A stretch of DNA of 63,272 bases, filler included, from Reclinomonas americana ATCC 50394 (lineage: Eukaryota), in NCBI GenBank assembly GCA_048213135.1. It is 7 parts of 4 records of this genome, joined end to end, with 100 filler letters (N's around TTAATTAATTAA, not from the genome) between each part and the next. Parts side by side here need not be neighbours in the genome. Positions count along the whole stretch, not along the records: positions 58,980 to 61,665 come from PS015074.1; positions 61,766 to 63,272 come from PS015075.1; 5 more parts are not named here. One strand, 5' to 3'. Within the stretch, counting starts at the first letter, position 1. Each line of letters begins with the position of its first letter. This document shows positions 59,397 through 63,272 of the stretch, in pieces. Under the pieces are notes generated by a model that saw nothing but the letters and a program-made list of their open reading frames with translations, searched no databases and was not told the origin of the DNA. A program made the translations under genes and the position numbers.

Positions 59397-59565
59397 GTGA
59401 GTGAGAGGAGAAGAGAGAGAGAGAGAAGGAGAGTGGACATGGCGTAGGTGTCACCTAAAGGCGCGCCTAGCTCACAGAGAGAGAGAGAGAGAGAGAGAGA
59501 GGAGCAAGAGCGAGTGCATTCAAAAAGCGCCCACTCATCGTCACACACACACACTCACACACACA

Positions 59566-59612
<47 letters not shown>

Positions 59613-59849
59613 GGAGAGAGGGACTGCAATACAGTCTCTGCATTCAAGCTCGCGCTCATACACACACGTCACTCTCTTTCTCTCTCTCTCTCTCTTTCGC
59701 ACACTCTCACTCTCTGTGTGCNNNNNNNNNNNNNNNNNNNNNNNNNNNNNNNNNNNNNNNNNNNNNNNNNNNNNNNNNNNNNNNNNNNNNNNNNNNNNNN
59801 NNNNNNNNNNNNNNNNNNNNNNNNNNNNNNNNNNNNNNNNNNNNNNNNC

Positions 59850-60436
59850 TCACTTAATGTACCGCAAGAAACGCCGCGCATGCGCCCTCTGCGTCTCCTT
59901 CAGTGCCGTCTCCAGCTCATCGCACACCTGCGCCAGCGTGGCCGGGTCCGCCTCCAGTGTCACCTCCCGCTCGGGTGCATCCGGCGCCGCCGTCGCCGCC
60001 GTCGTCACTCGCAGAATGAACGACGGCTCCGAGGGTGCCGACGACATGGCACGCGTGGCCACGGTGCCGTCCAGTCGCCATCGCAACCTGCGCAGCAGCG
60101 GCAAGTGCAGCCGCCGGGGCGGCAGGTGCTCGTTGAGCGCCTGCTGTGTGGCCACAAAGTGCTCGGCCAGCACCTGCTTCAGCGCCGGTGAGAATCGCGG
60201 CAGCTCGTCGGCCACCTGCAGGCGGAATTCCTCGTCGGAGGTGATACACCGGGCGCTCTCCGCGAGGAGGAAGGCCAGGCCCTCGACGGCTGTGGAGGGG
60301 GAAGGGGGGGAGGGGGAAGGGGGTGAGGGGGAAGGGGGTGAGGAAAAAGAGAAGGGAGAGCGAAGGAAAAGGGGAGAGGAAGAGGGGGAAATGTGGGGAA
60401 GGGAGAGAGAGCGACATCGCAACACATTAAGAAGCG

Positions 60437-60469
<33 letters not shown>

Positions 60470-61659
60470 GAGGAGCAGGGGCGTGAACAAGAACGGGAGG
60501 AGGAGATTTTTTGATCAGTTGACTGCAGAGTGAGAGAGAAAGATGCAACGTGCAGAGTGAGCGACATCGCAACACATTAAGAAGCGGCGAGAGATAGAGA
60601 GAGAGAGAGGAGGAGAGAGGGAGAGAGAGATGAGGAGCGGGGGTGCGAACACGAACGGGAAGAGGAGATGAGGATCAGTTGAATGCAGAGGGAGAGAGAA
60701 AGACGCAACGTGCAAAGTGCGTGAAGGCGAATCGCGTTAAGAAGCGGCGAAAGAGAGAGAGAGAGAGAGCGTGTGTGCGCATATGTGTGTGGACGTAATG
60801 AGAAAGAAACACGCGTGAACGTGGATGTGGCGAGGGAAGCTTGCATGAAAATGAAAAGTGCGGAGAGAAAGAGAGAAAACATGAACGACGACGCAGTGAG
60901 ATGACAGTTGATGTTGGATAAGAGAGGCTGAGAGAGAAAGAAAAAAGCGAAGGGTGCAGGGGAACAAGAGGAGAGTCTTTGAGAACGTGGCTGTGGTGAG
61001 GAAAGCGCGGAGAGAAAGAGAGAAAACACGAACGACGATGCAGTGAGATGACAGTTGTTGTTCGTTAAGAGAGGCTGAGAGAGAAAGAAAGAAGCGATGG
61101 GTGCAGGGGGAACAGGAGGAGAGAGAGCATGAGGAACAGCAGATCAGAGAGATGCAGTGTGATCGTCAAGAGAGGCTGACAGAAAATGAAAGAGAAGCAG
61201 AGGAAGCGAAGGGTGCAGGGGGAACAAGAGGAGAGGGAGCATGAGGAGCAGCAAGACGCAGAGCAAGAGAGAGGTTCAGAGAGATGCAGTGTGATCATTC
61301 AGAGAGGCTGAAAGAAAAAGAAAAAAGCGAAGGGTGCAGCGGGAACAAGAGGAGAGGGAGCATGAGGAACAGCAAGACGCAGAGCAAGAGAGAGGAAGAG
61401 AGATGCATGTGATTGTTAAGAGAGGCTGAGAGAGAAAGAAAAAAAGCGAAGGGTGCAGGGGGAACAAGAGGAGAGAGGGAGCATGAGGAGCAGCAAGATG
61501 CAGAGCAAGAGAGGGAATCAGAGAGAAGCAGCCACAACTCACCAGTCTTGACGCTCTCCACCTCCATTCCGAGCGCCTGTGCGGCCTTGTTCACACGCGC
61601 CTGCCCGAGCACTCCCTTCAGGAGAAAGTCGGTCGATGTCCGGCAAAACTCGGCAAAGA
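59850..61659 (-). CDS. COMMD2: COMM domain-containing protein 2, exons 2 (61543-61659) and 3 (59850-60289)
   Basis: FAEFCRTSTDFLLKG...AAQALGMEVESVKT|AVEGLAFLLAESAR...LRWRLDGTVATRAM...LEADPATLAQVCDELETALKETQRAHARRFLRYIK-stop. Confidence 0.92.
60900..61510. repeat. Intronic tandem array of about 115-bp units (aagagaggctgagagagaaagaaaaaagcgaagggtgcaggggaacaag)
   Basis: At least 5 diverged copies in the last COMMD2 intron. Confidence 0.8.
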
Positions 61660-61774
61660 CTGGAANNNNNNNNNNNNNNNNNNNNNNNNNNNNNNNNNNN
61701 NNNNNNNNNTTAATTAATTAANNNNNNNNNNNNNNNNNNNNNNNNNNNNNNNNNNNNNNNNNNNNGGCGCGATG

Positions 61775-61820
61775 AGGTCATGGTTGTTGCTGTTGTTGTG
61801 GTTGTTGTTGTGGTTGGTGG

Positions 61821-61857
<37 letters not shown>

Positions 61858-62760
61858 GCTGCTGCTGCTGTTGTGGGGGTGGTTGTCTTGGCTCACCAAG
61901 GGATGCGAGAAACTGATGAAAAGAGTGATGACAGTGCGAACGAAGGTCATTCGCGATTTGATGATGCCAATGTGTTGGTTGCACAAAGAGGGCCTGCACC
62001 GCGCACGTTGTCGCCGTCGGTGTGTTCGACGGTGGCTATTGGCACTGGTCAAGGGTGGTGCAGTGTTGCGTGGTCCCTCTTCCTGCAGGTGCTGTCGTGA
62101 TGACAGCAAATGTGCGTGCTGCATATTCATTGATCATCATCACGATCACATTGGATCCGGACACAGGTCCCTTGTCATCACTCACTGTGCATGTGGAGGC
62201 ACTGAGCCTCGAGCTCGCCTGCCATGTAGTAGGTTGTCAGCAGGTGTGCACCGCAGGCGCAACACTGTTGCCACACTACACTCCCCGTATGTACGATTTG
62301 CGTGCGAAACATTCAGAGAGTGATCATGCGAGGCAAACACATGTCATCAAAGTGTCACTGTGTGCGTGACGTGCTTGCAGCAGTGTCTTCGGCTCATCTT
62401 CATCTCGCTGTGTCGCTGGTGCACTGCCACTGCATACAGCAGGCATGCAAGTGCAAGAAAAACAAAGTGCCTGCATTGCAGATTCGGCAAACAGTATCTT
62501 CGATATCATCAACAGTGGCACATCACGGTACCAGGGTTGTCACCCACCAGCTGCTGCACCCTTGCGAGACGCGCCTTGTCCCCTTCTTTTTCGGTGGTCG
62601 GCGAGTGTTTCGTCTCTCCAGGAGAGGCATCATCCTCTGTGTGTTTCCTGCGCGGTCGTCCGATATCGCAGCGCTGTTGTTCGTGTTTGCATTGCTTATC
62701 ATGCAACATCGTTCATCAACTCAGCATGCAATGGCGTTCTTGATGGTTGATCGTCAGAGA
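61775..62760 (-). pseudogene. Decayed coding-like remnant with SWIM-like Cys/His motif and terminal poly-Q tract
   Basis: FSCTC and HCCKHV in different frames, many stops, TG/CA-rich; (CAA/CAG)n at 61785-61872. Confidence 0.3.
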
Positions 62761-63090
62761 GAGTGCAGCCGATGCAGCAACAGGCAGTCTGGGCGCGCGA
62801 CGATTTCATTCTCCACTTGTTCATTTCTTTGGCCTGAGTGAGGCACATTGTTGGCACCACCGCATTTGATCACCAGCAGCAGACTGCCCTGCTCATTGGC
62901 AGTGCACAGAGTGTTCTTCTTGGAAAAATGTAAACTGATTCACGTGTTCACTTCAAGGCTTCAATGGTCACATGTGCGCGACCACCAGCATGCGCTGACG
63001 CAGGCAAGGCCGCCGGCGGGCAGTGCGCTTCGATCTGATCAGCACGCAGTCTTCGTCCAACTGGTGCACCCTGGCGCAGCTGCGCAGCGC

Positions 63091-63272
63091 TCACTCCTGC
63101 GCCTGCTCGGCGGCGCCAGTGTCGGCACCCGCCGTGCTGAACGACGCCGAAGCCGGACCGGCGACGCCGTACAGAGTGTAGTTGGCGGTGAAGCTGGTCA
63201 GCGACGCCTTCAGCGGACTCGGCAGCGGGCCGTTGCTGAACGCCGAGTTGGGAATCGGGAAGCGCAAGCCAG
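63091..63272 (-). CDS. C-terminal exon of an unknown gene continuing beyond the window
   Basis: Open GC3-rich frame GLRFPIPNSAFSNGPLPSPLKASLTSFTANYTLYGVAG...AEQAQE-stop. Confidence 0.6.
   Translation of the reverse strand, partial: GLRFPIPNSAFSNGPLPSPLKASLTSFTANYTLYGVAGPASASFSTAGADTGAAEQAQE

Overview
Eukaryotic, intron-rich nuclear DNA from a draft scaffold, most likely a protist; I cannot assign the species. GC-rich exons sit in microsatellite-rich introns. There are N gaps, including six artificial 100-bp spacers (N44-TTAATTAATTAA-N44). The ORF track is mostly noise because the genes are split. Splicing by hand gives ZRSR2 (U2AF35-related), a divergent kinase with two apparent frameshifts, ARGLU1, a 7TM-RGS protein, a cadherin/PAN protein, a two-pore channel, an OFCC1-like gene, a hypothetical minus-strand gene, a secreted NHL-repeat protein, an EF-hand fragment, COMMD2 (exon 1 on the opposite strand to exons 2-3) and several fragments. 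The strongest novel signal is in the splice sites. At least 14 introns in 8 genes start GTTGCG, the common GTGCG donor with its CG moved 1 nt downstream, and none has G at exon position -1. A second group (GTTTGCG/GTCTGCG/GTTTGT) is shifted by 2 nt and always follows AG. This suggests shifted or bulged 5' splice-site recognition used far more often than in studied eukaryotes. Long introns are polarised (purine-rich 5' end, pyrimidine-rich 3' end), and two have grown by duplicating their own donor site. All gene models are manual and have no transcript support.
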